The translations under genes were made by a program, and so were the position numbers. This document shows, one piece after another, positions 1-9,368 of a stretch of 64,000 nucleotides of DNA. The notes beneath the pieces were generated by a model. The model saw nothing but the letters and a program-made list of their open reading frames with translations, made no database searches and was not told the DNA's origin. Within the stretch, counting starts at the first letter, position 1. Every line of letters starts with the position of its first letter. Origin of the DNA: Paracoccaceae bacterium (GTDB lineage Bacteria > Pseudomonadota > Alphaproteobacteria > Rhodobacterales > Rhodobacteraceae); the NCBI GenBank assembly GCA_013214575.1, contig JABSSD010000025.1:468-64467 (forward strand), given 5' to 3'.

Positions 1-515
1 CAGCACCTCACCAGCGACAGTGATACCAGGGCCCAGCCATAGGCAACAGCACCATCGCCACAGGCAAGGCCAACGCAAGGCTACGACAGCCCAGCGCCAA
101 CCGACAACGTCTTCTGTCGCCGACACAAGGTGCTGAAGTCCGGCACCGCCCAGTCTAGCCTGACCAATTCCAGCAGTCTTTCCACAAACCCGGCCGTCTG
201 CCTCAAGGGCAACCCGAACAGCACTTTGACGGTCAGGCAGACTTGTATCGCCGCATCGCTATAGGCTTTCTGCCGCCCCCGCCTACCGGAAGGTTTGGCT
301 TCCCAATCCATTCCAGCGTCAAACCAACCTCTCACACATGTAAACATGTGTGAGAGGTTGGTGGGTCGGCAGCGAGCCACGCCGCTTCAGGGAAAGGTTA
401 TAGTTCGACCAGTTCTTGGTCTTGTAGGTCGTTGGCGTCCAGTTGCTCATGACCGCCAACTACCACGCTGGATTCACGAGATGAATCCTCTCAATTGATT
501 TGTGCAACAATGCCG
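1..515 (-). mobile_element. IS5-family insertion sequence relic; disrupted transposase N-terminal half that appears to run off the left window edge
   Basis: The minus-strand ATG at 450 reads MSNWTPTTYKTKNWSNYNLSLKRRGSL. After a 40-nt hairpin, track ORF 81..380 reads WFDAGMDWEAKPSGRRGRQKAYSDAAIQVCLTVKVLFGLPLRQTAGFVERLLELVRLDWAVPDFSTLCRRQKTL, the conserved N-terminal block of IS5-group DDE transposases as I remember it. The frame is lost again below about 95. Confidence 0.7.
323..362. repeat. 40-nt hairpin (19-bp perfect arms, 2-nt centre) inside the IS5 transposase reading frame
   Basis: accaacctctcacacatgt-aa-acatgtgtgagaggttggt read directly. Removing 34 or 40 nt restores the frame from KRRGSL into DAGMDWEAKP. 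Confidence 0.85.
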
Positions 516-522
516 ATAAACT

Positions 523-1491
523 CTAGAAATCGACTTCGATTGCCACGCCTTTTTCAATAGCCAGGTCAACGACACTTGCCGCGACGGCTAAATCTTGCAG
601 ACCAACACCGGTTCCATCAAACAGCGTGATTTCGTCGGCAGAGGTGCGACCGGAATGGGTGCCATTGATCACGGCGCCAAGCTGGTTCACATCACTTTCT
701 TTGATCAATCCTTCGGCCACGGCATGCTGGGCCTCGCCGATGCTGATGGACTGGGCAACCTCATCCGTAAACACCGTAGCGCGGGCCAAAAGGGCGGACT
801 CGACCTCTTGCTTGCCTTTGGTATCAGTGCCCATACAGGCAATATGCGTGCCCGCTGAAACATGCTCGGACAGCAAAGACGGTGCAAAGGCCGAGGTGAT
901 CGAGATAATCACATCCGCGTCGTGGCCCAGTTGATCCAGCTCGACTGCCTCAAACGGCAGGCCGGCCTCGTTTGCAACTTTTTCAATATTCGGAAGCATC
1001 TCAGGGTGGAAGTTCCAGCCGATGACTTTTTCGAATTCCCGCTGCTCAAGTGCGGCACGCAGCTGGAACGTTGCCTGGTGCCCAGCGCCGATCATACCGA
1101 TGACCTTGGCGTCTTTGCGGGCCAGATGCTTGATCGAAACGGAGGATGCGGCGGCTGTCCGCAATGCGGTCAGAAGGTTGCCGCCGACCATTGCTTTGAC
1201 GCGACCAGTGTCGGGATCAAACAAGAAGACAGTCGACTGGTGATTGATCAGTTGATGCTTTTCCATGTTATTTGGCCAATAGCCGCCGGCCTTCAGGCCA
1301 AGCGCCATGCCCGCCTGATCGAACCCGCCCTTGAAGCCATACAGCGCATCCTCGTGGCCAATGGCTTCGCGGATGACTGCGAAGTTATAGGCATCTTGTG
1401 ATGCCATGGCTGCAAAGACACCTTCGACTGCGTCAAAGGCTGCTGTGCGGGTCATAAGATCTGGGATTTCACGCTCTGGAACGATGATCAT
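523..1491 (-). CDS. bhcD: Ornithine cyclodeaminase/mu-crystallin family reductase; probable iminosuccinate reductase of the beta-hydroxyaspartate cycle
   Basis: 322-aa ORF with Rossmann motif KVIGMIGAGHQA. It is the last gene of a four-gene minus-strand operon whose family content, order and sizes match the published bhcABCD plus divergent IclR (bhcR) cluster. Confidence 0.75.
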   Translation of the reverse strand: MIIVPEREIPDLMTRTAAFDAVEGVFAAMASQDAYNFAVIREAIGHEDALYGFKGGFDQAGMALGLKAGGYWPNNMEKHQLINHQSTVFLFDPDTGRVKAMVGGNLLTALRTAAASSVSIKHLARKDAKVIGMIGAGHQATFQLRAALEQREFEKVIGWNFHPEMLPNIEKVANEAGLPFEAVELDQLGHDADVIISITSAFAPSLLSEHVSAGTHIACMGTDTKGKQEVESALLARATVFTDEVAQSISIGEAQHAVAEGLIKESDVNQLGAVINGTHSGRTSADEITLFDGTGVGLQDLAVAASVVDLAIEKGVAIEVDF

Positions 1492-1562
1492 GTGGAATAC
1501 TTTCCAAAAATAAGAAGGAGGCCGGCACCGCCGACCTCAGGTTGGGCCAGGAAGAAGTGGCC

Positions 1563-2726
1563 TCAGAATGCTTTTCCGCGCGCCGAGACGGGCCAAAGTG
1601 TTTCGACTTTGCCGTTGCGGACACCGACATACCAATCGTGCACGTTACAGGTCGGGTCACAGTGACCGGGAACCAACTTTAGCTTATCATTCACCTTCAG
1701 GACACCGTCCGGGTCGGCGACGACCCCGTGCTCGTCAGAACATTTCAGGTATTCAACATCGGCACGGCCAAAAACAGTTGGCAACCCGCTGTCGACAGAT
1801 TGTGCCTTCAGGCCAGCGTCCACGATGGCTTTGTCGGCTTTCGCGTGGCTCATCACGGTCGTCAGGATGAACAGCGCGTTCTCCCATTCGCCGTCATCGA
1901 TACGCTTGCCGTCCTTATCAAGGATACGGCCATAATCCGCGTCCATAAAGGCATAAGATCCGCACTGAAGCTCGTTATATACGTTCGAGCTGCTCTCAAA
2001 GTAATATGAGCCTGTGCCGCCGCCGCCAACAATATCACAGTCCAGGCCTTGGGCTTTCAGACCGGTGACTGCGTCGCCAACCTGTGCGATCGCCGCGTTC
2101 AGCTTTTCTTCGCGATCCGTGTACAGATCCATGTGTTGCATCGCGCCTTGGTAGGCTTGGATGCCAGCAAATTTCAGGCCGTCCGCTGCGTCGATCAGTT
2201 TTGCAATGTTCACCACGTCTTGTGTCGTGTTCACACCGCAACGACCGGCACCACAATCGATCTCGACCAGAGCTTCAATTTGCGTGCCGTGCCTAACAGC
2301 GGCTTCTGACAAGGATTTGACGTTTTCAGGATCGTCAACACAGACCAAAATGCGTGCGCCCAACTTAGGCATGCGGGCCAAACGGTCGATTTTGACTGGG
2401 TCGGTTACTTGGTTGGACACCATCACATCTTTGATGCCGCCCCGGGCGAAGACTTCCGCCTCGGAGACCTTCTGGCAGCACACACCAATTGCAGCGCCCA
2501 TATCTTGTTGAAGCTTCAGCACGTCCACCGATTTGTGCATTTTGCCGTGGGCGCGGTGACGCATGCCATGCGCTTTTGCGTAGTCGCCCATTTTCCTGAC
2601 ATTGCGCTCCAGCGCGTCCAGATCAAGAATCAGGCAAGGTGTTTGGATGTCAGCCTCGTCCATGCCAGGCAGGGCGGGAACGTCAAAACCTACCTCGAGG
2701 TCGTTGAGATTTACATGCGAGTTCAT
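1563..2726 (-). CDS. bhcC: DSD1/D-threonine-aldolase-type PLP enzyme (alanine racemase N-terminal fold); probable beta-hydroxyaspartate aldolase
   Basis: 387-aa ORF with PLP-lysine context RHRAHGKMHKSVDVLKL and C-terminal motif VPGHCDPT. Position in the bhc-type operon. Confidence 0.75.
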   Translation of the reverse strand: MNSHVNLNDLEVGFDVPALPGMDEADIQTPCLILDLDALERNVRKMGDYAKAHGMRHRAHGKMHKSVDVLKLQQDMGAAIGVCCQKVSEAEVFARGGIKDVMVSNQVTDPVKIDRLARMPKLGARILVCVDDPENVKSLSEAAVRHGTQIEALVEIDCGAGRCGVNTTQDVVNIAKLIDAADGLKFAGIQAYQGAMQHMDLYTDREEKLNAAIAQVGDAVTGLKAQGLDCDIVGGGGTGSYYFESSSNVYNELQCGSYAFMDADYGRILDKDGKRIDDGEWENALFILTTVMSHAKADKAIVDAGLKAQSVDSGLPTVFGRADVEYLKCSDEHGVVADPDGVLKVNDKLKLVPGHCDPTCNVHDWYVGVRNGKVETLWPVSARGKAF

Positions 2727-2740
2727 AGTTTATGCTCCCT

Positions 2741-3691
2741 TTAGTTGAGCCATGGCAGAAGGTCGAGATCGACATTCCCACCAGTGATGATGACGCCGAC
2801 TCGCTTACCCGCGAACCGATCTTTATTTTTGAGGATGGTGGCAAGAGGCACAGCGGAGCTGGCTTCCATAACGATTTTCATCCGTATCCATGTCAGCTTC
2901 ATCGCGGCGATGATTTCTTCTTCGCTTGCGGTAAGAATGTCGGTGACGTGGTTGGACACAAAGTGCCAAGTCAGATCTTTGAGCGGAACCTTCAGCCCAT
3001 CGGCAACCGTCACCGGCGCATCATCTGCGATGATGTGGCCGGCTTTGAAGCTGCGATATGCATCGTCGGCTTGCTCGGGCTCGGCCGCGATAACCTGTGT
3101 TTCAGGCGCAAGGGTCGACAGGGTCAAACAGGTGCCCGATATCATGCCACCGCCGCCGATGGGGGCGACAACCATGTCTAAGCCGTCTGTCTGCTCGATT
3201 AGCTCGCGCGAACATGTGCCTTGGCCTGCAATGACGCGGGGGTCATTATACGGGTGCACGAAGTTGCCGCCGGTTTTGGCGTGGACCTGAGCGAACACCT
3301 CTTCGCGGCTAGACGTGGATGGCTCACATTCAGTGATAATCCCTCCATAGCCAATCACCGCGTCCTTTTTTGCCTGCGGCGCCGTGCGTGGCATGACCAC
3401 GTTGCACGGGATGCCACGACGACCGGCCGCGTAACTCAAAGACAAAGCATGGTTACCGGAGCTGTGGGTGCAGACGCCTTTCTTGGCCTCTTCATCCGAC
3501 AGCCCGAAGACCGCGTTGGACGCCCCGCGCACCTTGAAGGCCGCCGCCTTCTGAAAGTTCTCACACTTGAAGAACAACTGTGCACCAGTCAGCTCGTTCA
3601 GAAAGGACGAGGTCAACACAGGGGTGCGATGAATGTAAGGTTTTACCCGCTCATGGGCGGCCATCATGTCATCAAAGGTTGGAATATACAT
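2741..3691 (-). CDS. bhcB: Serine/threonine dehydratase-family PLP enzyme; probable beta-hydroxyaspartate dehydratase
   Basis: 316-aa ORF with FKCENFQKAAAFKVRGASN (PLP lysine) and a GGGGMISG glycine loop. Position in the bhc-type operon. Confidence 0.75.
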   Translation of the reverse strand: MYIPTFDDMMAAHERVKPYIHRTPVLTSSFLNELTGAQLFFKCENFQKAAAFKVRGASNAVFGLSDEEAKKGVCTHSSGNHALSLSYAAGRRGIPCNVVMPRTAPQAKKDAVIGYGGIITECEPSTSSREEVFAQVHAKTGGNFVHPYNDPRVIAGQGTCSRELIEQTDGLDMVVAPIGGGGMISGTCLTLSTLAPETQVIAAEPEQADDAYRSFKAGHIIADDAPVTVADGLKVPLKDLTWHFVSNHVTDILTASEEEIIAAMKLTWIRMKIVMEASSAVPLATILKNKDRFAGKRVGVIITGGNVDLDLLPWLN

Positions 3692-3721
3692 AAGTTCCGG
3701 TTCCTTCTGTGGTGCCGTGTC

Positions 3722-4900
3722 TTATTGCGCGACTGCGGGGTTGTTACGGTAATAGTCTTGAGCAGCGGCAACGCCAGAGCCCAGCTTCACATCCAGACCC
3801 AGATCAACCATGCACATCTCGGCGGTGGCCAAACCGCTGAGCATCATGACGTCTGTCAGGCTGCCCAGGTGACCGATACGAAACACTTTGCCCGCAACGT
3901 CGCCAAGTCCAACTCCAAAGGCCACGTCATATTTTTCAGCTGCAAGAGTCACAATGTCCGTGGCGTTGAACCCTTCTGGTGTGCAGATCGCGCTGACCGT
4001 GTCAGAATACAGGTCAGGGGACGCCGCGCAAAGCTTTAGCCCCCACGCCGAGACAGCTGCCCGAACACCTTCCGCGATGCGGTGATGGCGTGCAAATACA
4101 GTCTCTAGCCCCTCGTCGAGCAGCATGTCCAAAGACAGCTTCAGCCCGTTCATCAAGCCAACCGGTGGCGTGTAAGGGAATGCGTTGGCGTCATAGCCTT
4201 TTTGCATGTCGCCAATGTCAAAGAAGGTTGTTGGCAGATCCGAGTGCGCAGTGGCCGCGATTGCCTTGCTGGAAAAGCCGATGATGGCCAGGCCTGCTGG
4301 CAACATAAAACCCTTTTGCGAGCCGGTGATGGCGATATCGACGCCCCACTCGTCAAAACGGAAATCCATCGAGGCGATGGAGCTGACACCATCAACATAT
4401 AACATGGCGGGGTGGCCGGCTGCATCCAGCGCTTTGCGGACGGCTGCGATGTCGGATTTTACACCGGTCGCGGTCTCGTTATGGGTGGCCAACACGGCTT
4501 TAATGTCGTGGTTGGTGTCGGCCTTTAGGATTTCCGCGTAACGGCCCGTCGGGATGCCCTCGCCCCAAGGGGTTTCAACAATTTGGACATCTAGGCCGTG
4601 GCGCTGACACATGTCGATCCACCGGTGCGAGAACATGCCATTGCGCGCAGCCAGGACTTTGTCGCCCTTGCTAAGGGTATTGGACAATGCAGTTTCCCAG
4701 CCGCCAGTGCCGGTCGATGGGAAGATGAAAATCTTGGCGTCTGCCGACTTTAGAACCTGCCGAATGCCATCCAAACAAGGGTGCAAGATTTTACCAAAGG
4801 TTGGCGAACGGTGGTCAATGGTCGGCATATAGCAGGCCTGACGGATCGCCTCGGGCATATTGGTGGGGCCAGGAATGAAAACTGGGTTCTGGAAGCTCAC
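3722..4900 (-). CDS. bhcA: Class-V aminotransferase (serine/alanine-glyoxylate type); probable aspartate-glyoxylate aminotransferase
   Basis: 392-aa ORF with ITGSQKGFMLPAGL (SQK PLP-lysine motif). First gene of the operon, divergent from an IclR regulator. Confidence 0.75.
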   Translation of the reverse strand: MSFQNPVFIPGPTNMPEAIRQACYMPTIDHRSPTFGKILHPCLDGIRQVLKSADAKIFIFPSTGTGGWETALSNTLSKGDKVLAARNGMFSHRWIDMCQRHGLDVQIVETPWGEGIPTGRYAEILKADTNHDIKAVLATHNETATGVKSDIAAVRKALDAAGHPAMLYVDGVSSIASMDFRFDEWGVDIAITGSQKGFMLPAGLAIIGFSSKAIAATAHSDLPTTFFDIGDMQKGYDANAFPYTPPVGLMNGLKLSLDMLLDEGLETVFARHHRIAEGVRAAVSAWGLKLCAASPDLYSDTVSAICTPEGFNATDIVTLAAEKYDVAFGVGLGDVAGKVFRIGHLGSLTDVMMLSGLATAEMCMVDLGLDVKLGSGVAAAQDYYRNNPAVAQ

Positions 4901-4959
4901 GGTCGTCTCCTATTACTCGTTACCGCCACAGTACATTTCCGGATCCGGCAGTGATATTT

Positions 4960-4980
4960 TTTTGAAAAAGTTTTTCAAAA
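4960..4980. promoter_or_regulatory. 21-bp perfect palindrome in the bhcA/bhcR divergent promoter; candidate IclR (BhcR) operator
   Basis: ttttgaaaaagtttttcaaaa read directly, flanked by direct copies of ccggcagtg at 4945-4953 and 4982-4990. Confidence 0.5.
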
Positions 4981-5021
4981 GCCGGCAGTGTCAAATAATG
5001 TACTATTGTTATAGGCTTGCA

Positions 5022-5040
5022 TTTTTCATATGATGAAAAA
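5022..5040. promoter_or_regulatory. Second inverted repeat (8-bp arms, 3-nt spacer) in the same intergenic region; candidate operator
   Basis: tttttcat-atg-atgaaaaa read directly. The half-site is related to the 4960-4980 palindrome (TTTTTCA / TGAAAAA). Confidence 0.4.
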
Positions 5041-5068
5041 GTCTTTCACATAGAATAGGATTTATTTT

Positions 5069-5917
5069 GTGGATTCCCAAGATAATGAACACCGACCCAC
5101 ACGAAAACCCCGTGGTCGACCACGGGATTGGCACGACAAGACCGCTCAAAACACGATCAAATCTCTGGATCGCGCAATGGAGGTGTTTGAGTTTCTGAGT
5201 GACACGCAGGGCAAGTCCTTATCCACACTTGCAAGTGACCTTAACCAATCTCCGGCCACCGTTTATCGTATACTGGTAACTCTGGGGGGGCGGGGGTTGG
5301 TTGAATTTGATCAGGTTGATCAGGTCTGGAATATAGGGGCGCGCGCGTTTGTGATAGGATCCCGCTTTCTGCGTCGCACCAGCCTTGTGGAACGCGCCCG
5401 TCCATTCCTGAGGGCGCTGATGGAAGAATCCGGTGAAACCGCCAATATCGGTATAGAGCAAGACGGCCATGTTCTATTTGTCAGCCAAGTCGAGACTCGT
5501 GCTAGTATCCGCGCCTTTTTTCCGCCTGGTACGTTGTCACGGCTTCACGCGTCTGGCATCGGCAAGGCACTATTGGCGGAAATGGATATGCAACGCTTTG
5601 AAAAATTTCTAGCCCGCGCACCGCTTGAAAGTTTCACCGAGTTCACATTGACCGATAGGGACGCGTTGTTGGAGGATCTTCAAGTCACCCGGCAACGGGG
5701 CTATGCCCTTGACGGCGAAGAGCGCAACTTGGGCATGCGATGTATCGCGGCGCCGGTCTTTGATATCCATGGTGAGGCCGTCGCGGGTATTTCTGTGTCC
5801 GGGCCAACCTCACGAGTTGGATTGGACCAGGTTTCCAGATTGGGTCAGTCTGTCTTGGCCGCAGCAGGCAAATTGTCTGCTGCCATAGGCGGTAAGTCTA
5901 AGCAACAGATGCCCTGA
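5069..5917 (+). CDS. bhcR: IclR-family transcriptional regulator
   Basis: 282-aa ORF with a GTG start. N-terminal wHTH (SLDRAMEVFEFLSDTQGKSLSTLASDLNQSPATVYRILVTL) and a C-terminal IclR effector domain. Divergent from the bhcA-type gene. Confidence 0.8.
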   Translation: MDSQDNEHRPTRKPRGRPRDWHDKTAQNTIKSLDRAMEVFEFLSDTQGKSLSTLASDLNQSPATVYRILVTLGGRGLVEFDQVDQVWNIGARAFVIGSRFLRRTSLVERARPFLRALMEESGETANIGIEQDGHVLFVSQVETRASIRAFFPPGTLSRLHASGIGKALLAEMDMQRFEKFLARAPLESFTEFTLTDRDALLEDLQVTRQRGYALDGEERNLGMRCIAAPVFDIHGEAVAGISVSGPTSRVGLDQVSRLGQSVLAAAGKLSAAIGGKSKQQMP

Positions 5918-5945
5918 AACCAGGTTGACGTCTGGGTAACATCGG

Positions 5946-5967
5946 CAGCCAGCTCAATCGCTGGCTG
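5946..5967 (+). terminator. Hairpin downstream of bhcR (8-bp stem)
   Basis: cagccagc-tcaatc-gctggctg. There is no strong T-tract, so this is only terminator-like. Confidence 0.35.
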
Positions 5968-6254
5968 TGTGCTGACTAACCTACAGCCTGATTGTCCGAC
6001 GCGCGGCCACCGATTTCGGTAGTGCCCCAGGGCGTGGTGTAATTTGTTCTCCGGCCGGGTGTTGAGCCGGTATACAGGGCGGCGATTTTCGCCGGATCCA
6101 TGGGCACTACCTTGATCAAATTTCGCGGGATCAGGAAATCGGAAGCGTCACTTCGGATGGGGCCTATGACACGCGCAAATGCTATGATGCGGTTGTTGCC
6201 CGCAATGCCATACCCGTAATCCCGCCCCGTAAAAACGCCAGGATATGGAAGCCC

Positions 6255-6291
6255 CCCTTTCGTGCATGCAAGCATGCACTGTCGGGCGGTG
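6255..6291. repeat. About 37-nt frame-breaking insertion in the IS5 relic, carrying two adjacent palindromes
   Basis: gtgcatgc-aa-gcatgcac (6262-6279) followed by cactgtcgggcggtg. It lies exactly between the WKP and DTP codons that are contiguous in IS5-type transposases. Confidence 0.6.
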
Positions 6292-6402
6292 GACACGCCC
6301 TTGTCTAGGGCGCGAAACGAAGCGGTCAGATCCTCAAAATATCTCGGCCTTGCTTTGTGGCGACACCTGACCGGATGCCACCGCCGAAGCCGCGTCGAAA
6401 CA

Positions 6403-6445
6403 ACCCTCTCGAGACATTGCTGCGCAATACCCTGCCGGGCAGTGG
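6403..6445. repeat. About 40-43-nt frame-breaking insertion in the IS5 relic, carrying the ctgccgggcag palindrome
   Basis: It lies between RSRVET and MHCVKLLG, which are adjacent in IS5-type transposases, and ends in ccctgccgggcagtgg. Confidence 0.55.
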
Positions 6446-6829
6446 ATGCACTGTGTGAAACTGCTGGGGCTGCGCCTCTCTGCGCGAGACTTTGATCGGC
6501 AGGTTGCGGAGATCCAAATCCGTGCCGCGATCCTAAACGGATTAACAGCACTTGGCATAGGCGCCGCGTCCGACCTCGGAGAGAACCATGACCTTGAAGG
6601 ACTGCGCGATCAGGCTCTTGACTATGCCGCGAACAGAGAACTCACGCGGGTGCCATCTGGCAACCTGGCCTCATTCCCGATCCCTGATACTTGTCTGAGG
6701 TGGCATTACCTTTCAAGATTCCTTTTTTATATTTTAAAATCAAACGGATGTGTGAAATATAATAAAAAATTTGATATTTAATATTTTTTGTCTACCTTGG
6801 AGAAACTGGTCATTGAAAAGGAAAGACTG

Positions 6830-7558
6830 ATGTCCCATCGCTGGAAGCTTGGATTGCTGACGCCATCCTCAAACACAATCATGGAGCCTCAGGCAGCTAA
6901 TGTGGTGGCAGAACTATCTGACGTCTCAGTGCATTTTGCCCGCTTTGGAGTGACCGAAATTTCACTGAGTGAATCCGCATTGGGACAGTTCCAATTTGCT
7001 CCGCAACTGCAGGCAGCAGAACTTCTTGCGGATGCAAAATCTGATGTAATCGCCTGGGGCGGAACTTCTGGGGGTTGGGTCGGAATTGACAACGACCACG
7101 AGCTTTGCCGATTGATCACAGAGCGCACAGGCACGCCGGCAACAACATCGACGCTGGCTTTGCTGGAGGCGTTCAAGGCGTTGGGGGTGAGAAAATATGC
7201 ATTGGTGACTCCGTATTTGTCAGACGTGCAGTCCGCCATCGAGACGAACTTCGCAGCCCAGGGGTTTCAGTGCGTTTCGGAACGCCACCTGGAAGACAAG
7301 GGCAATTACTCGTTCTCGGAGTACGACGAAGCGACCATTGAAAGGATGGTGCGCGAGGTTGCGCAGGACAAACCCGAAGCCATTGCCATCTATTGCACCA
7401 ATTTCAACGGAACACGGATCGCCCCCCTGCTCGAGGAGGAGCTGGGGATACCGGTCTTGGACAGCGTCTCATTCACGATTTGGCATGCCATGCTTTTGGC
7501 TGGGTGCGACGCAAGCCGGGTTCGGGGCTGGGGGTGTCTGTTTCAGGAAACTCTGTAA
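6830..7558 (+). CDS. Asp/Glu/hydantoin racemase superfamily protein of the maleate isomerase / arylmalonate decarboxylase type
   Basis: ATG at 6830 is preceded by AGGAAAG; the track ORF starts at a TTG at 6788. Motifs LLTPSSNTIMEP, GGTSGG (Gly where two-Cys isomerases carry the first Cys) and IYCTNFNG (second Cys kept). Confidence 0.7.
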   Translation: MSHRWKLGLLTPSSNTIMEPQAANVVAELSDVSVHFARFGVTEISLSESALGQFQFAPQLQAAELLADAKSDVIAWGGTSGGWVGIDNDHELCRLITERTGTPATTSTLALLEAFKALGVRKYALVTPYLSDVQSAIETNFAAQGFQCVSERHLEDKGNYSFSEYDEATIERMVREVAQDKPEAIAIYCTNFNGTRIAPLLEEELGIPVLDSVSFTIWHAMLLAGCDASRVRGWGCLFQETL

Positions 7559-7643
7559 CTGGCGTCTCTCGCTCGGATCAACCGGTGGTGTTGTGCACCT
7601 TTACAACCCGCCGGTCATTTAAGCTACCATAGTGGAGGAATAC

Positions 7644-8681
7644 ATGAGAAAAACATTATCATTGGCCGCAGCGGCCGCGTTGACGGTAAGCGCTAGCGTC
7701 ACCATGGCGCAGACATATGCGTTCAAGGCGATCGGGCAACCCGTCGCGACCGGACTGATCCAGAAAAACGTGGAACAGCCGTTCTTTGAGAATTTTGCGG
7801 AACGGACCGGTATTGACGCGACGATGGATTACAAGCCCCTCGACGTCACAGGCATCAAAGACACCGAAGAGCTGCGTATTCTGAAATCACGTCTTGTGGA
7901 CATCGTTTCGCTGCGGCTGTCGCAGGTGTCACGGGACGAGCCGACCATTCTGGGTCTGGACCTAGTTGGTCTGAACCCCGACTACGCCACCGGCCGGATT
8001 ACCTCTGCCGCCTACAAGGATAAGGTGGACGCGCAGCTTCAGGCCAAATTCAACACCAAGCTTCTGGGTGTGTGGCCGTTTGGTCCACAGGTGCTGTTCT
8101 GCGAGCCTGAAATTGGCCAACTGAGCGACCTGAAGGGTAAGAAGGTGCGGGTTTATGACCAAAACCTAGCCAACTTCGTGTCGTCAGTCGGGGGCACCCC
8201 GGTTCCCATCGGTTTCCCCGACGTGCATCAGTCGCTCGCCCGCGGTGTGGTTGATTGCGCCATCACCGGACCCAGTTCGGCAAACTCGGCCGGTTGGCCC
8301 GAAGTGACCAACTATATGCTGCCGATCGCATTCCAGCTGGCGATGAATGGCTACGGGATGAACCTGGATGCCTTCAATTCGATGACCCCCGAGGACCAGA
8401 AAAAGCTGGAGGCTGGTTTTGACGCATTGGTCGACGAAATCTGGACCTATTCGGAAGAACTGTTTGACGATGCGGTGCGCTGCAACGTCGGTGCCCAACC
8501 CTGTGAGACCGGTAAGTCCTATGACCTGAAACTGGTTCCGATCACAGATAAGGATCGCGACATCATCGGCAACGCTGTTCAGGAAATCTCGTTCCCGACC
8601 TGGGCTGAAATCTGCGATGCGCAGAATTCAGAGTGTTCCGCAGACTGGAAAGCATCGGTCGGTGTTGCGCTGAACCACTGA
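7644..8681 (+). CDS. dctP: TRAP transporter substrate-binding protein (DctP family)
   Basis: ATG at 7644 follows GGAGGA. Signal peptide MRKTLSLAAAAALTVSASVTMAQ. Followed by DctQ and DctM genes. Confidence 0.85.
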   Translation: MRKTLSLAAAAALTVSASVTMAQTYAFKAIGQPVATGLIQKNVEQPFFENFAERTGIDATMDYKPLDVTGIKDTEELRILKSRLVDIVSLRLSQVSRDEPTILGLDLVGLNPDYATGRITSAAYKDKVDAQLQAKFNTKLLGVWPFGPQVLFCEPEIGQLSDLKGKKVRVYDQNLANFVSSVGGTPVPIGFPDVHQSLARGVVDCAITGPSSANSAGWPEVTNYMLPIAFQLAMNGYGMNLDAFNSMTPEDQKKLEAGFDALVDEIWTYSEELFDDAVRCNVGAQPCETGKSYDLKLVPITDKDRDIIGNAVQEISFPTWAEICDAQNSECSADWKASVGVALNH

Positions 8682-8696
8682 TCCGAAATGACAACG

Positions 8697-8717
8697 ACGG
8701 GGCCGCTTCGGCCCCGT
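8697..8717 (+). terminator. GC-rich hairpin between dctP and dctQ (possible intra-operon attenuator)
   Basis: acggggccg-cttc-ggccccgt read directly. Confidence 0.4.
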
Positions 8718-8757
8718 CAACTGCATCGGTCATACAAACCTACAAGGCGAACAACGA

Positions 8758-9312
8758 ATGAATTTTTTAGCCAATTTGGCCAGTCGGCTATTCGGCGCGT
8801 CCCTGATTGGGCTGTCGATATTTGTCTCAATCGAGACCCTCTCCCGAAAATTGTTCAACTTTTCCTTTGGAGGTGCGGACGAGTTGGGCGGCTATGTTCT
8901 GGCTGTCGGGTCAAGTCTGGCCTTTGTCGTCGCGCTGGTTGATCGCGCCCATATCAGGATCGACGTGTTCCACGCACGCTTCCCTCCCAGATTGCAAGCG
9001 ATCATGGATTGGTTGTCGATCCTGTCGCTCGCCACGCTGGGTGCCTTTATGATCTATGTCGGGCGGATCGTCGTGATTGACACCATCAGCTACGGCAGCA
9101 CGGCACCGACCCCCTGGGCGACACCGCTGATCTATCCGCAGGCCGTGTGGTTTGCGGCGCTGTGCCTGTTTTCATTCTGCGCCACCCTTCTTGCGGTCAA
9201 AGCCACCTATATGGTTGCCACCGGGCGTCTGGATGAACTGTCAGAGCACTTCCACCCCAAGGGCACAAAAGAAGAGCTCGAAGAAGAATTAGGTGATCTG
9301 GAACGCCGCTAA
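8758..9312 (+). CDS. dctQ: TRAP transporter small permease (DctQ)
   Basis: 184-aa hydrophobic ORF with four predicted TM segments, lying between dctP and dctM. Confidence 0.85.
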   Translation: MNFLANLASRLFGASLIGLSIFVSIETLSRKLFNFSFGGADELGGYVLAVGSSLAFVVALVDRAHIRIDVFHARFPPRLQAIMDWLSILSLATLGAFMIYVGRIVVIDTISYGSTAPTPWATPLIYPQAVWFAALCLFSFCATLLAVKATYMVATGRLDELSEHFHPKGTKEELEEELGDLERR

Positions 9313-9368
9313 AGTGTTTTCGGATAAATACAAAATATTGGTGCAACAGCCGCAAACGAGGAAATAAG

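Larger units (their letters stand above)
6096..6560 (+). mobile_element. IS5-family transposase relic; C-terminal third only, split over three frames
   Basis: Three plus-strand frames read LDQISRDQEIGSVTSDGAYDTRKCYDAVVARNAIPVIPPRKNARIWKP, then DTPLSRARNEAVRSSKYLGLALWRHLTGCHRRSRVET, then MHCVKLLGLRLSARDFDRQVAEIQIRAAILNGLTALGI. The orientation is opposite to the relic at 1-515. Confidence 0.7.

Noticed and set aside
5976-6551. 191-aa minus-strand ORF
   Set aside because: It is antisense to the IS5 transposase relic, whose plus-strand frames carry the recognisable transposase blocks.
1-6560. The two IS5 relics as two halves of one element split by an inversion
   Set aside because: The left relic appears to continue beyond the window start in further shifted frames. 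The right relic holds only a C-terminal third, with no complementary break point. Two separate decayed copies is the simpler reading, though this cannot be settled from the window.
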